Origin: Eledone cirrhosa
Taxonomy: Eukaryota
Direction of reading: 5' to 3'
DNA length: 64,000 bases
Assembly (NCBI GenBank): GCA_964016885.1
Contig: OZ024744.1
Location: forward strand, 3,348,001-3,412,000
Numbering within the stretch: the stretch's first letter is position 1; every line of letters starts with the position of its first letter. This document shows positions 62,501 to 64,000 of this stretch, piece by piece. Both the position numbers and the translations under genes were made by a program. The notes under the pieces are model-generated. The model was not told the origin of the DNA, searched no databases, and worked only from the letters and a program-made list of their open reading frames with translations.

Positions 62501-64000
62501 TTTTGTGGGAAGACAAGGTAGAAAAAGATAGCTTGGTGAAGAACGAAATTTTGGGGGAAGACAAGGTAGAGAAAGATAGCTTGCGAAGAACGAAGTTTTG
62601 GGGGAAGACAAGGTAGAGAAAGATAGCTTGGTGAAGAACGAAGTTTTGAGGGAAGACAAGGTAGAGAAAGATAGCTTGGTGAAGAACGAAGTTATGGGGA
62701 AGACAATGTAGAGAAAGATAGCTTGGTGAAGAACGAAGTTTTGGGGGAAGACAAGGTAGAGAAAGATAGCTTGGTGAAGAACGAAGTTCTGAGGGAAGAC
62801 AAGGTAGAGAAAGATAGCTTGGTGAAGAACGAAGTTTTGGGAGAAGACAAGGTAGAGAAAGATATCTTGGTGAAGAACGAAGTTTTGACGGAAGACAAGG
62901 TAGAGAAAGATAGCTTGGTGAAGAATGACGTTTTGTGGGAAGACAAGGTAGAGAAAGATAGGTTGGTGAAGAACGAAGTTTTGTGTGAAGACAAGCTAGA
63001 GAAAGATAGCTTGGTGAAGAACGAAGTTTTGGGGGAAGACAAGGTAGAGAAAGATAGATTGGTGAAGAACGAAGTTTTGAGGGATGACAAGGTAGAGAAA
63101 GATGACTTGGTGAAGAACGAAGTTTTGGGGGAAGACAAGGTAGAGAAAGATAGCTTGGTGAAGAACGAAGTTTTGGGGGAAGACAAGGTAGAGTAAGATA
63201 GCTTGGTGAAGAACGAAGTTTTGGGGGAAGACAAGGTAGAGAAAGATAGCTTGGTGAAGAACGATGTTTTGGGGAAGACAATGTAGAGAAAGATAGCTTG
63301 GTGAAGAACGAAGTTTTGAGGGAAGACAAGGTATAGAAAGATAGCTTGGTGAATAACGAAGTTTTGGGAGAAGACAAGGTCGAGAAAGATAGCTTGGTGA
63401 AGAACGAAGTTTTGAGGGAAAACAATGTAGAGAAAGATAGCTTGGTGAAGAACGAAGTTTTGGGGGAAGACAAGGTAGAGAAAGATAGCTTGGTGAAGAA
63501 CGAAGTTTTGGGGGAAGACAAGGTAGAGAAAGATAGCTTGGTGAAGGACGAAGTTTTGAGGGAAGACAAGGTAGAGAAAGATAGCTTGGTGAAGAACGAC
63601 GTTTTGTGGGAAGACAAGGTAGAGAAAGATAGCTTGGTGAAGAACGAAGTTTTGTGGGAAGACAAGGTAGAGAAAGATAGCTTGGTGAAGAACGAAGTTT
63701 TGGGGGAAGACAAGGTAGAGAAAGATAGCTTGGTGAAAAACGAAGTTTTGGGGGAAGACAAGGTAGACAAAGATAGCTTGGTGAACAACGAAGTTTTGGG
63801 GGAAGACAAGGTAGAGAAAGATAGCTTGGTGAAGAACGAAGTTTTGGGGAAGACAATGTAGAGAAAGATATATTGGTGAAGAACGAAGTTTTGTGGGAAG
63901 ACAAGGTAGAGAAAGATAGCTTGGTGAAGAACGAAGTTTTGAGGGAAGACAAGGTAGAGAAAGATAGCTTGGTGAATAACGAAGTTTTGGGAGAAGACAA
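59585..64000 (+). repeat. Tandem duplication at offset 2,299 (second copy starts at ~61884 and runs off the window)
   Basis: ORF pairs 60424/62723 and 61047/63346. Private shared variants are TTGCGAAG (60285/62584), GAAGTGTTG (59866/62165) and GTAGAAAAAG (60224/62523). Confidence 0.9.

Larger units (their letters stand above)
1..64000 (+). repeat. 48-bp tandem satellite array (~1,335 monomers), open at both window ends
   Basis: Positions 1-48 (TTGGTGAAGAACGAAGTTTTGGGGGAAGACAAGGTAGAGAAAGATAGC) repeat directly at 49-96 and continue to position 64000 in one orientation. Monomers usually differ from consensus by 0-4 substitutions or a 1-bp indel (47- and 49-bp units). Confidence 0.99.

Noticed and set aside
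144-63861. Many short plus-strand ORFs (MVKNEVLGEDKVEKDS...) as genes
   Set aside because: They start at TTG inside the repeat, have no unique N- or C-terminal sequence, and are cut by frameshifts and nonsense variants every few hundred bp.
592-64000. Giant minus-strand ORFs (up to 5,118 aa) in all three frames
   Set aside because: The plus-strand consensus lacks TTA, CTA and TCA, so the minus strand has no stop in any frame. ORFs end only at rare TTATG, AAGTTA or AAGCTA variants. Each translation cycles among three repeat peptides at every indel, which is not how a real gene behaves.
1-64000. CRISPR array or other repeat-spacer or cassette system
   Set aside because: There are no unique spacers, since monomers abut directly and differ only by point variants. 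No leader, cas gene, recombinase or reverse transcriptase is present.
97-64000. Programmed frameshifting or phase variation through the G4/G5/G6 tract
   Set aside because: Tract lengths are stably linked to neighbouring substitutions and copied with the blocks. In-frame stop variants would still end translation, and no gene context exists.
1-64000. Whole window as a sequencing or assembly artefact (concatemer or collapsed repeat)
   Set aside because: Structured, heritable variants and duplicated blocks that differ by private SNPs argue for a real array. Local misjoins between near-identical blocks cannot be excluded without reads.

Overview
All 64,000 bp are one uninterrupted, head-to-tail tandem array of a 48-bp satellite monomer (consensus TTGGTGAAGAACGAAGTTTTGGGGGAAGACAAGGTAGAGAAAGATAGC, about 1,335 copies, estimated as length divided by ~47.9). 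I saw no unique sequence, inversion, transposon insertion, RNA gene or credible protein-coding gene. The very long minus-strand ORFs and the many short plus-strand ORFs are by-products of the monomer sequence. The real information is in the order of about 30 recurrent variant monomers. That order shows a ~33-monomer (1,581-bp) higher-order unit, local higher-order repeats of 144, 288, 912 and 1,152 bp, and a nested patchwork of near-identical multi-kb duplications (offsets 2,299, 3,447, 3,976, 5,417, 6,761, 11,788, 21,662 and 29,086 bp). It also shows chimeric junction monomers and more divergence toward the 3' end. An array like this fits eukaryotic heterochromatic (centromeric, pericentromeric or subtelomeric) satellite DNA, but I cannot name the organism or satellite family. 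Mismatch counts and block boundaries were read by eye, helped by the ORF-track offsets, and need computational confirmation.
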